DNA from: Leucoraja erinacea
Taxonomy: Eukaryota
Reading direction: 5' to 3'
NCBI RefSeq assembly: GCF_028641065.1
Contig: NC_073378.1
Coordinates: forward strand, 23,870,001-23,934,000
Length of the DNA stretch: 64,000 bases
The translations under genes were made by a program, and so were the position numbers. Positions 1-11,410 of this stretch are shown here, piece by piece. Position 1 is the stretch's first letter. Every line of letters begins with the position of its first letter. The notes beneath the pieces are model-generated. The model worked only from the letters and a program-made list of their open reading frames with translations. It made no database searches and was not told where the DNA came from.

Positions 1-42
1 GCTGCACCCGCTGAGTTTCTCCAGCATTTCTGTGTACCATCA

Positions 43-450
43 GTACAATCACACAGGAAGTCCCTACTTCCTCAGCATATTGAGGAGATTTGGCATGTCG
101 ATGAATATTCTATTAAACTTTGACAGATGTACAGTAGAGAAGGATCTGGGTATTCGCATCACAGCCTGGTTTGGCAACTAACACGCGCGTGAACCAAGGA
201 AACAGCAGAAAGTGATAGACCGCCCGGTCCATCACAAGTCATGACCTCGTCACCATCAAAGGGATCTGTAGGAAGCACTGCCTCAAAAAGCAGCCAATTT
301 GATCAAAGTCCATATCACCCTGGCAATGGTCTCACTTCACTGCTGTCATCAGGAAGATGGTACAGGACCTTGAAAACAGTAACCTTTGGGTTCAAGAACA
401 GCTTCTTCATAGCAACCATCAGGCTTTTGAACACTACACAACATTAACCT
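43..450 (+). mobile_element. Degraded 3' fragment of a Rex1/Babar-type LINE
   Basis: Decayed LYFL.RLRRFGMS...FxRCTVE...ITAWFGN...LLSSGRWYR...FKNSFF motifs of the Rex1 RT C-terminus; better-preserved copies of the same family lie at 4.8-6.1 kb and 59.4-60.8 kb. Confidence 0.65.
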
Positions 451-3400
451 CAGCAACTATGGCCGTCTTTGTTTGTACCTCAGATGTCCGTTTTTGCACT
501 ATTTATAGTTTACCTGATATACCGGGTTATTAATTTACCTTAGTTTTGATTGGTTGTACGTTGTTCCGTCAATTGTTTACAGGCCGTGTTTAGCGCCAGG
601 TAAATCAAAAGGTAATTGGTCCATTGTCAGTATATGGGGGCCAATTAAAAACAGCGTGACGCACTTGACGCAGACTTGAACAACTACCGCCCCTTTCTCA
701 CCACTGCTGCTATTCTGACCATCTTCCTTTCACCAACCCAAAGCCCACTCACTCCAGTGCGGTCAGGCAGCAATGTCGGAGGAAAGGAGGCGGTTGGGGT
801 AACGTGGGTCGCGGGGACCCTCCTTCCGCCTGAGCATCAAACTTCCTTGTTCTTTTGTCGAGATACCCTTTTTTCTCTCAGCCTGAGAGTCCAGGGGTGG
901 GGGGTAACTAAGGAGGGTATGAAAAGATACAGAACAAATCAGAGCTGGCACCGATGACTTAGGAGGGTGGAGCCCACAATGGTCCATTGTGGGCTGTGGA
1001 TGAAGGGATACAAACTGTGAAACCGGCAGGACGACTAGAGTGGGTACGGGACAGAGTGAGAGGGAGTGCAAGGGTTACTTGAAATTAGAGAAATTAATTC
1101 CGAAAACTGCCCAAGCGAAATATAAATCCTCCAGCAGGTAGTTTATTTATTAAAGTAACTTCTTTTCATTTCGTAACTTAATGTCATTTCCACATTTGTT
1201 GTTATCAATTTCCCAAACTTGTTTTCTCATGACCAGCAATCACATTTAAAAAAATATTTTATTCAGTTTTATTTGCATTGATTCACACCCTAAACTTTAC
1301 CCTTCTCATTTAGGGCTTTGGTTTATTTGTCGTCTTCTAACTAGCGATTCACCTTTGTGATATTGGGTGTTTTCCGTTTCCCCCAGTTTGATAGTCAATT
1401 CCTTATTTTTTTTTTTTGACTTGTGCCTTTGATTTGTTCTTTTTTTCCTTTTTTTTTTTGTACTGTATACTCCGTGTTCCCATGAATGCACAACATCTCA
1501 TAGGTTATTGACTCATCCAATAAAACTTACGTAATAAAATAAAAGCCAGCTCTCCCTTAAGGGGTCACTGTGCTTTCAAAAAAATGCTCATATAATTTGA
1601 TTGTGTTAACGTGAAAAAATAAAACCGAAAACCATGTCCATCCTTCCCCACATTTCCCCACCTACTTCTCGCCCCCCCCAAACTGGAATGGAAGGTTGTG
1701 TCCGAATGAGAGTTTGGCTATGCACATCCAACGGGTGTCTCATGAATAGCTGGAACAGGAGGAGACAAACCTCATGTGGGGTTGCACAAGGTATGTACAA
1801 GAAAAGTTTGGTAAACAGAACCTCGCCACGAAAGAAGAAAAACCGCTATGTTCTCCCACCTATTTACCGAACAAAGTTGTCCCGACAATTTTTTTTTTGG
1901 ACATGGCAACGATGTTTATAGGGAAAAAGAAGATGGTTAATCACCGCCTGGGAAAAGAACGAACAAACAATTTTTTCAAGAGGAAACATTAACTGATGGG
2001 TTGCACAAAACGTTGAAAAGAGAGGATGGCCTGCATTACGAGAACAAATAGAAACCCAGGAGTCTGAGCTATAGAACCCACCTCATGGGTAGGGGGAGAA
2101 GAAGTTTTGAGTAGGAGGGCGCAGTTAGGGGAAGCCTGCTGGGATTCCAGTTTTGGAAATGTGCAGGATTCGAATAAAAATCAAATAAGAAGAAACAGAT
2201 CCGGAGGAGAGGCTATTGAGTGATGTTGTTGAAAATCTCCCGAGAGTTGATCCTGATCTTCAGGAAAGGTAATGAGTAGGGTCGGAACCATCCTTTCTAA
2301 AAAGTTGCAGTAAATATACCCTGAGGGGGATATTCTTTATAAGAGGGTCATTACTGATTAAGAATGATTTTTTGAGGATTTATTTTTAATTATAGATTTT
2401 TTTCTCTTGCCATAAAGGGAGGTCTGGGAACCCCTGCTTCAGGTACAATCAATCCTAAATAAACCAAAATAAAAAACTGGGTCGCTTCTTCTCGGGGAAG
2501 GAGTAAATGGGAACCGGCAGGGGTCCCCTCTCCAGTTCTCACTTAAATTATGGAGGCGGAACGCATGAAAAAAAAATCCAAAAACCAAACTGCATTAGAG
2601 AGTCAAGTGATGGCAGGATGAGCTGCCGGAGGAGGTCGTTGAGGCAGGTACTATCTATCGCAACGTTAAATAAACATTTAGACAGGTTCATGGATAACGC
2701 AAGCGCAGGCTAGTGGAACGACTGTAGATGGGACCTGTTGGCCCATGTGGGCAATTTGGGGAAACAGAACCTGTTTTCCATGCCATAAGACTCAATGATC
2801 TATTTCTATTGTTTTCTTTTTCTTGTCTTGCTTACTTCCTTCTCATAATATAAAACTAGAGGTTGTGCATAGAATGGATTACGGTATTACATAGTTGGCA
2901 CCTAAAATTAGGTTCCACTGTACTGTTTTGTACTTTATTAACTTCTAATAAAATAAACAAAACAAAAAAAAACAAAAACAAACAAAAAAAAAGACTCAAT
3001 GATCGATGTTTGTGTTGCATTAATCTTTTAATACTAGGCTCAAGGATCACCTATATTCTTTGGCACCTACATTCGCAGGTACCTTGGCACCCTTAGCCCA
3101 TCTTTAATTCTCTAATTATCATTATCTCCGCCGTTTTCTGCAATCGACCCTGATAACATGCATCTAAAATCCGAGGGACTGAGCGTTAATTTATCAAGAT
3201 GTCAATGTCTCCTCATTTACAATTCCTGTGATGCCTGAAACAATGGGTGCATTTTTGAATAAAGGCAACTGGAGAACGGCAGATGTCGGGTTGACATAAA
3301 AACTACAAAGTCCTGTAGTAATTCGGCGCCAAGGTGCCCACTGAGTTACTCCAGCACTTTGTGTCTTTTTCAAATATAGTCAGGCAATGAAGTAAACGTT

Positions 3401-3828
3401 GCTGTGTTTACTGACTCCGTGATAGTTTAGTTTAGAGACACAGCGCGGAAACAGGCCCTTCGGCCCACCAAGTCTGCACTGAACAGTAATCCCCGCACGT
3501 TAACACTACCCTAGGGACATATTTTTACATTCGCCTACACATCTGTACGTCTTTGGAGCAAAAACTCCTTGATCTTATCATATATATACTCCACAGAGGG
3601 ACAGGATCACACGCTTCAAAAATAATATTGAGCTTTGCGAAAGGAATAATTAAAGTTTCCAATGAATAAGAACAAACAGTCAATACGTCCCCTCCACAAT
3701 GTCTTCCTCATGGGGAAATTGAAACCAAATCACCCCCACGCACCTATTGTTTCATAGTAAAATATGGCTATTCTAATTTACTTTCAAATTATTTGCATGC
3801 TTGAAAACAAAAAGAATACAAATCGTAC

Positions 3829-3926
3829 CTGGCATAATTCGCCTTCTCTTTTATCAACCAGGTGACAGAGTAACAGCAAAATAAAGAAGCCAGCAGGACA
3901 AGGAAACGGCGTGTCTTCCGTCCCAT
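3829..3926 (-). CDS. First coding exon of an unidentified type II (signal-anchor) membrane protein, possibly a Golgi glycosyl/sulfo/sialyltransferase
   Basis: MGRKTRRFLVLLASLFCCYSVTWLIKEKANYA: basic N-terminus followed by a hydrophobic anchor. Kozak ccaacgATGG; acceptor tcctttctctaaccttcacaag just upstream (exon starts about 3933); donor CAG|GTACGA at 3828; a further non-coding exon donor CAG|GTGAAC at 4146; GC box at about 4340. Downstream exons are not confidently found. Confidence 0.55.
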
Positions 3927-4825
3927 CGTTGGTCTTGTGAAGGTTAGAGAAAGGAACTCTAAATCCAATCCTGTCCCTCTGTGGAGTATATATGATGATG
4001 ACAAGATCAAGGAGTTTACTGGGCTCCAGCGTCCACTCGTGTCCACTTTACTCCCTTCGTAGTAAATACACGAAGTGATACCGCCCTCTGATCTGGTAGG
4101 TACTCTCTCGTATTGCGTTCAAAGGCGAAATTAGTGTCTGGTTCACCTGCGCCTTCATCGAGTCACTGTGTGTGACACCGACATTTTTTTCCACCAGCAA
4201 TGAAAACCGACACCGCTGCTGTAAATACTCAGCAGGTCATTGTTTGGGGAAGGAAAGCGAGAATAACGTTCCAGAGTTGCCTTTCTGTTTAATCACAATC
4301 GGGAGGAAAAGAAGTTGGTTAAACAGCAAAACAAGGGAAAGGGCGTGTCCAGGGCTGTCTCTGACAGCATGCATAACCCGCACTAAAACATCGTCTGCCC
4401 ATTACTCTCCAGAAATGCAGTCTGACTCGTCGAGTGCCACTTGCAGTTTGTTCTTTGCCTGGGCGAAAAAAAACTATTAACCAGGTTGTGTGGGAAGGAA
4501 CAGCAGATGCTGAATGATACCGAAGATAGACACAAAAATGCTGGAGTAACCCAGCGGGACAGGCAGCATCTCTGGTGAAAAATAATGAGTGGCGTTTCGG
4601 GGTCGAGACCCTTCTTCTGACTGAGAGTCAGGGGGAAGGGGAAACTAGAAGTTTTGAAAGGTTCAGAACCAATCAGCCTTGTCCCCTTGACTCCCTTCAC
4701 AATAAATACACGTTGAATGTGAAAATCCACCCACAAGCCTTTTGGATAAGCAAATGGATGTGGATATTGCACAGAAGGAGGAGCTTTTAAACCCCCTGTC
4801 ACACGGTACGAGTCCACCCTCCATT

Positions 4826-5456
4826 GATTCAGGTTCAGATTCAGATTCAAACTTTATTGTCATTGTGCGGTGTACAGTACAGAGACAACGAAATGCAGTT
4901 AGCATCTCCCCAGAAGAGCGACATAGAATACAAGCAATAAATAAATATACGTAAATACAGTTGTTGTAGTGCAATTTTTTCTGGGTGAAGGAGTGTCGGG
5001 GGGGGGGGGGGGGAGGGGAGTGACTGGCAGTCACCGAGGTACGGTTAAGTAATGTAATAGCCGCAGGGAAGAAGCTGTCCTGGACCTGCTGGTCCGGCAA
5101 TGGAGAGACCTGTAGCACCTCCCGGATGGTAGGAGGGTAAACAGTCTGTGGTTGGGGTGAGAGCAGTCCTTGACGATGCTGAGCGCCCTTCGTAGACAAC
5201 GCTTGCTTTGGACAGACTCAATGGAGGGGAGCAAGGAACCGGTGCTTTCCGGTCGGAGACAGAGCAGTTGCCATACCATACTGTGATACAGTTTGTAAGG
5301 ATGCTCTCGATGGTGCAGCGGTAGAAGTTCACCAGGATCTGAGGAGACAGATGGACCTTCTTTAGTCTCCTCAGGAAGAAGAGATGCTGGTGAGCCTTCT
5401 TGACCAGTGTTGAGGTATTGTGGGTCCAAGAGAGGTAATCGGAGATGTTGACCCCG
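4826..5456 (-). mobile_element. Rex1/Babar-type LINE 3' fragment
   Basis: ORFs NFYRCTIESILTNCITVWYGNCSVSDRKA and HPNHRLFTLLPSGRCYRSL; (TGAATC)n-type tail at the left end. Confidence 0.8.
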
Positions 5457-5556
5457 AGTTAAAAAACAAATCAAACTCGTGGTAATCATGTAGAATTAAC
5501 GTAGCCAAGAGAGGTTAACGTAGGGAACGTCGGGAACGTCGGAACTCGTGGACGTA

Positions 5557-6121
5557 ACTGTGGCTGTGGAAAGCATCTTGTCTGGAAATATTACCATCTG
5601 GTTTGGGAATTGCTCTGCCCAGGACAAGAAGGCTCTGCAGAGAGTAGTGCGTTCGGCCGAACTTACTGTGGGAACTTCACTCGCCCCCCCTGCAGGAACT
5701 ATACATCAGGAGGTGCAACTCCAGAGCCAATAAAATCATGGGGGACCACTTCCACCCCTGCAACGGACTGTTCCAGCTGCTATGGTCAGGCAAACGCATC
5801 TGTTGCCTTGCTGCAAGAACAGAGAGGTTGAGAAGGATTTTCTTCCCAGAGGCCATTAGGACTGTAAACTCCTATCTCACCAGGGAGTAACTTTTACTGA
5901 ACCACTCTACTGCTTTTTTTTAAATTGCTGTTTTTTTTCCCTTTTTCCTTCCACCCACAATATTTAATATGTAAAAGAATATGTGATTGTTCCATTCTGA
6001 TTGTAGTTTGTTTGCTTGTTTGTTTGTTTGTCTTTTTGCACAAAGTCCGCGAGCATTGCCACTTTTCATTTCACTGCACATCTCGTATGTGCATGTGACG
6101 AATAAACTCGACTTGACTTGA
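5557..6121 (+). mobile_element. Rex1/Babar-type LINE 3' fragment
   Basis: AVESILSGNITIWFGNCSAQDKKALQRVVRSAE; ends aataaactc(gactt)n. Confidence 0.8.
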
Positions 6122-6447
6122 CCTTAGCGACTTGAAACGCTAACGGCAGGTACTCGGGAAACGTGTTAACTCGTGAAAAATTTTCAACATGTTGAAAGAT
6201 TTCCACGAGTCAAATGTACTCTTGAATGAAACATTTAAAACTTTTAAACTCGTTGTAATAGCGTAGTAGCCCGTGAGTTTACCATAGTGACTTGTGAGTA
6301 ACTTGTGGGTTTGGCCTGAGTGCCTGAAGTGAAATGTTGAAAATTAGTCAGATCTTAATGGAAAATTTTACAGTGATCTAACAATTCATTTTCAGTGAGT
6401 AATGCCTTTCAATGATTGCTGCCAGACCTTGAACATATGCAGTTCAA

Positions 6448-8711
6448 ATGGACACCCGTTGCCTTAGCACAGCATGGCTTTTAGTATTACTAACTCCAAG
6501 GGAAGGGCACGGATCAGTTTTAGTGATGCAGCTCAATGGGGTCAAACTCGACCAGGTTCTCCAGCCACAGGAGCTTCGCCTACGGGGAAGCATCCATACC
6601 CTGTGCCGAGATACAGATGGCTACCGACCGGGTTAGGGTGACTGAGGGCAGGCGGGTGTGTTTAACCTGTAAGGGGGATGTTCCTTTGGGGAGATGGTGG
6701 TGGCTCAGGAAGCTGAGCTCGGACATGAGGGATCGATCCTCGGACTGGGAAAGACTGGACAATGATACCTACCGGACCATCACGGGGTCACCGGGAGGGA
6801 TCACTGTATGTTGGGACAAATGGTTGGCCTATGACCAGGGGCTTTATTTATGTCTATGAGGGTCTGCCAAGGTGTGTCCGGTAGGGGTATCAATAACTTT
6901 CGTCAAGTGGTGGCAAGACCCCGGGAATGGGATAGATTGGGACCGCAGTGGGCAGGCATGTGTGGCCCCCAGGACTGGGATGACAGTAAAAGCAACCGAA
7001 TTGCTGGTTCAGGTGAAGAAGCCCCTACCCACAGCCCAACCGATCGACCCTCACAACTGTCCAACCACCACCAAAGGGCCGGAGAATGGGTTAGCATTTG
7101 TCCCAACCAAAAGGGTGCTGTACCAGGGAGTGCATTACGCTGTGGCCTCAGTAGTATTAAATTTGACTGAAGTGCGGTTACCCGCATGGTGTCCCCGTGA
7201 GACGGAATTATTATATCAGGCCCTGCTAAAAGACATGTTCCAGAAATTCCACAACCTGGATTTTGGGGACATAGACATTGAAGAGATGTACCGCGGGGGA
7301 GGGGATTTCACTTTGGGGTCCGGTAGGCAAAGACGAGGGGTGGTTAACGACGGGTTTACAGCATTTAACACGGGGACGTCTATTATTAATAGCATGGACA
7401 ACGTAGAACTGGCCTTGCAGATCAATCAGTTGAAGGGCCAGTTACGAAAGGTTCTGGGGGAGGAAAATGCGGTGGTAGGATCGGGACTGCACGAAGAGGT
7501 GGCAATGACTCTACATCTAAAAGAAATCATAGCACAATTGGAGACACATGCAAAAACGATAAACGCTTTGATTAAAGAGGACCGGAATGCATCCGATCAG
7601 GCTGCACAGAATGAGGTGTGTGGGCCGTATGGGCCGTATGGTGCGTGGTTGTTGGGGGAGGGGAGGAGCAACCTGGAAGACCTGAGGCAAGGTCGGGTCC
7701 CCTCCTGGATAAGCAACCAGCACCTAGCAGCGCTACACCCTTATAACAGCACTTTGAGTCCTTGTCAGCTTCGTGTGGCTTCCGAGGCCTACCCGGTACC
7801 GGTGGATTGCGGAAAATCCAATCACACCATAATGGGAGTGGTCGTAAGAATCCCGGTGATGGGAACCTCGGCACGACCAGCTCCTCTGTACCGAGTGGAG
7901 AACGTGGGAGTTGTTCGTGGGGGGGGTGCATATTCGCTACGGGAAGGTCCCGCCCTATGTCATAGTGAGGGAGCAAGCTGTGACAGGCATTGACCTTTTG
8001 GGTTGTCGGAGCCGGGGAGCACAGGTAATCCTGTGTCCCCAGCACATGGGCGCTGAGGCTAGGCCTCAGTGTGGGTTCAGGACTGTTGGGGCACAGCCTA
8101 TAAACTGCACCATGGAGGCGATGGCAGCAGACCATGTCCCTCCACAGGTGGTGTATATAGGCAGTGGGACGTACTGTGTCACCACAAGTGCCCAGCGGTA
8201 TCAGCACGGATCACAGCTGTGGTGCCCGATACTGCACAGCAGCTTCTGCTTTAAACCCAGGGCAGAAGTCCATGTGGCACAGCAGCGAATATTACCCATC
8301 CCGGAACCTTCTTCGGTTCACCTCTCGGTACGAGAAAATGTAACTGACTTATTTAACTATGTTGCCCATTTTGGGTATGATATTCCCCCAGTGAATGAAA
8401 AATTAAAAGAGTTGCTGGTGGCGGTCGAGTTGTCGCACAAACACTTCTTCTCCCTGGAACAAAAGACTCTGGATATCGCCAGGGAGATCGAAGAGATCAA
8501 GTCTCCAAGTTGGTGGGACCTGGAGTCCTGGATCATAGTTCCAGCATGGGTCCGCATCGTGTCCCATGTTCTGATCATCTGCCAGATGATAATTGTGCTG
8601 TATTTGCTATGCATTAATTGCAAATTTAAAAGGCGGAGGAGGATGGCCAAATTACAACAGCTGGTAAATCGAGCCGCCCGATGTCACCATAACGACACCC
8701 CATCACTGTAA
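6448..8711 (+). pseudogene. env: Endogenous viral envelope / class I fusion glycoprotein gene (F-protein-like) with N-terminal Ig-like domain; about 750 aa when reconstructed, 3 lesions in the assembly
   Basis: Stitched from ORFs 6448..6636 (signal peptide MDTRCLSTAWLLVLLTPREGHG), 6536..6859 plus 6872..7993 (same frame, single TGA at 6857-6859) and 7911..8711 (frameshift at the G8 run 7919-7926). Furin site RQRR (7325-7336) then fusion peptide GVVNDGFTAFNTGTSII, HR1 (LALQINQLKGQLRKVL..LKEIIAQLETHAKTINAL), Cys-rich region, HR2 (VNEKLKELL..LDIAREIEEIK), Trp-rich MPER SWWDLESW, TM and KFKRRRR stop-transfer; several NxS/T sequons. Confidence 0.85.
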
Positions 8712-8872
8712 AATGTCTGTACTCTAGTGCAAGTTTTTGTACATATGTTGTAATCCCTGCATTTCCACGGAATGGTCGTGAGGGTACTGTATGGTTTGTG
8801 GGATTGATGTAAAGTAAAAGGTGTATAGTGTGTTAATGTGCTTCGAGGGTCTAGTTTAGCAATTAAGGGGGC

Positions 8873-9794
8873 TTTCGGGGTACATAATTTCACCTTCTCA
8901 CCAGGAGTGTTTACAGCTCTTGAGGCTGGAGGATTGCCCACTAACTTTGTCAATCGATACGGTCCGTGCAAGCCTGGACGTATCGTAGGGGCATGTAAGT
9001 TATTGGGGCAAATCCTCCAAAATCATGGAAGAACTCGGATAAGGACATGGACATTTTAAAAAGACAAATTTGCTGGCTGCAACGGAATAACCCCCAATCC
9101 ACAAACCTGTCTGGCATGTGGACTTGCGCATCAAACAACTGGGCGAATGGTGTGGGGAGGAAAGGCTGAGACGGAGATAACGAGGTTATCTTGGATACAC
9201 AAAGGAAGGAACCAAGTCTCAGCAGGATGACCCATCCATCGAGACAATAGGAGCCCGTCCAGACGATGGGATAACGATCAGGCTGAGGGATCATGACATC
9301 AGCAAGCCCCTTATCATCGGAAGCCTATTGTTCATGCCAGATCGAAACTGGGTATCATCAAAAGAACCCTGTTCATCCAGAGGACCACCTGGGGGTTTCA
9401 AAGAAAGCTCAGGTATAAAACAGTAGTCAAGCCAGAACTCTTTCTCTCTTTCTTCCTGCTCTGCTGGACGGCTCGTGAGCCCAAACTGTAAGTATCCCAG
9501 TGACCTGGTGAAATTCCCGAAATAGGATAGCATTGTTGAGATAAAGGGGGGAGTGGTTGTACTTGCAAGTAAAAGTGTGTAAAGTAAGTTTTACGACGTG
9601 CCCGATAGTTTTTCGTCCATAGTCTTAGTTTAAAGCGTAAGTTTAGCCACGTATTATGTAGTGTTGGTGAGATTCGATTTCTCATTGTTTAATAAAGCCT
9701 TTAAATCTTAGACTTGCTTTGAGTCCATCTTGGTTTCTGTTTTCCCTCATCAGCACACTCTGGTCAATTCAACCTTTTATCATATTCCACCATA
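8873..9794 (+). mobile_element. Putative retroviral LTR downstream of env (about 0.9 kb; boundaries approximate)
   Basis: Short purine tract AAGGGGG at 8865-8871; TATAAAA at 9414-9420; pyrimidine-rich R-like start at about 9440; donor CT|GTAAGT at 9488; AATAAA at 9691-9696; T-rich U5-like segment ending TTCCACCATA at about 9794. No second LTR in the window to confirm the ends. Confidence 0.55.
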
Positions 9795-10021
9795 ATTCCG
9801 AGGTCTAGAACCTGGGGGAATCCCTTTTGTTGTATTCTCCCTCTTGGAAACCGCTCGAGTGGATTGGTGGCCGTTTGACCCTCTGACAAGGGAGAGAATA
9901 ACTCGGGCAGTTGGGCCCGAAGTGAAATAAAGGGAAAGGCAAAACCCCTACAGCTGGAGAGTCTTGCATGAATGTTGAGAACAATCTGGCACTGTGTGAA
10001 CGGTGAGGAGAGTCTATATAA

Positions 10022-10443
10022 AAACATAGAAAATAGGTGCAGGAGTAGGCCATTCGGCCCTTCGAGCCTGCACCGCCATTCAATATGATCATGGCTGATC
10101 ATCCAAGTCAGTATCCCGTACCTGCCTTCTCTCCATACCCTCTGACCCCTTTAGCCACAAGGGCCACATCTAACTCCCTCTTAAATATAGCTAATGAACT
10201 GGCCTCGACTACCCTTGTGGCAGAGAGTTCCAGAGATTCACCACTCTGTGTGAAAAAAAGTTCTTCTCATCTTGGTTTTAGAGGATTTCCCCCTCATCCT
10301 TAAGCTGTGGCCCCTTGTCCTGGACTTCCCCAATATCGGGAGCAATCTTCCTGCATCTAGCCTGTCCAACCCCTTAAGAATTTTGTAAGTTTCTATAAGA
10401 TCCCCTCTCAATTCTCCTAAATTCTAGAGAGTATAAACCAAGT
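10022..10443 (-). mobile_element. CR1 (HER1-like) LINE 3' end
   Basis: Reverse complement of the CR1 3' UTR (gatcagccatgatcatattgaatggcggtgcaggctcgaagggccgaatggcctactcctgcacc) and the RT C-terminus. Confidence 0.85.
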
Positions 10444-10731
10444 ATTATACTGGGTTAATAGGTGATCAGAGGCAACTGAGTGCAACAGGTGAGAAGAGTT
10501 AGGCTGATGAGAGGGGAGTGGCAGGCAGGCAGGTGAGGAGAAGGAGGGGCCGGTGGAAAAGTACTGGGAGGTGAAGTGGATGAGAATGAGGAGAGGGCAG
10601 ACTGTGACACTTTGGTTCTAAAAAAGCTCGCCTGCCTGAATTCCTTCCTTCCCTAGACACATAGAAAAATCGAGTTCAGGGGCGGGGCCATTCATGCCCT
10701 TTGAGTTCCATCACTGCCATTCACGGTGATC

Positions 10732-10831
10732 NNNNNNNNNNNNNNNNNNNNNNNNNNNNNNNNNNNNNNNNNNNNNNNNNNNNNNNNNNNNNNNNNNNNN
10801 NNNNNNNNNNNNNNNNNNNNNNNNNNNNNNN
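10732..10831. other. Assembly gap (100 N, probably unsized)
   Basis: Run of N; other gaps at 37671-37874, 56193-56483 and 61946-62139. Confidence 0.99.
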
Positions 10832-11179
10832 TCGTCGGGTGGGGATTGACAAGAGAGAGAGGGATGTTCCAAGAAAATCCGATATTCATACTCAATCTTG
10901 GAATTATTTATATCGTCTTTAAATTGATTATTGTGTTCATCTTTAAATGTAATTCTGGATTCATGTCTCGTGGGAACAAATAAGCACGGTCAAAGATGGT
11001 AAATATAAAACTACAAAATAACTTCAGAAAATGAAAACTTGTAGAGAGGACTTTTGGCCCTCTTCACTTTACAAAGAATAACCTCAGGGATTTAGTAAAT
11101 GTCATTCAAATACTCTGCAACCTTGGGATATTATTGTTCATATTCAAATCCGATAGGTAAGTCTTGATTTGTTCAATTT

Positions 11180-11410
11180 GTTCAATTAGTTAAAAGATAC
11201 AGCGTGGAAACAGCCCTTCGGCCCCTCGAGTCCAGAGGGCCAATTAGCCTTCAAACCCGCAAGTCTTTGGGATGTGGGAGGAAAACCGGAGCTGTGGGAG
11301 GAAATGGGAGCACCCGGAGGAAACCCACGCGTTCACAGGGAGAACGTGCAAACTCCACACAGACAGCACCCGAGACCAGGATTGAACCCGGGTCTCCGGC
11401 GATGTGGGGC
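11180..11410 (-). mobile_element. tRNA-derived V-SINE (HE1-like)
   Basis: Reverse complement of gacccgggttcaatcc...ggtgctgtctgtgtggagtttgcacgttctcc...gggtttcctccgggtgctcc...ttcctcccacatcccaaagac. Further copies at about 3424-3560, 11920-12030, 20072-20350, 26655-26960, 27810-28070, 53160-53465 and 54398-54670. Confidence 0.8.

Noticed and set aside
1250-2560. Possible degraded LINE or coding region
   Set aside because: The sequence is homopolymer- and indel-rich and no motif could be confidently read
8838-9426. Accessory ORF between env and R
   Set aside because: Only short ORFs with several stops and no recognisable motif; treated as U3
9866-9885. Possible primer-binding site TGGTGGCCGTTTG after the LTR
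   Set aside because: Only a short match to tRNA 3' ends, and about 70 nt from the inferred LTR end
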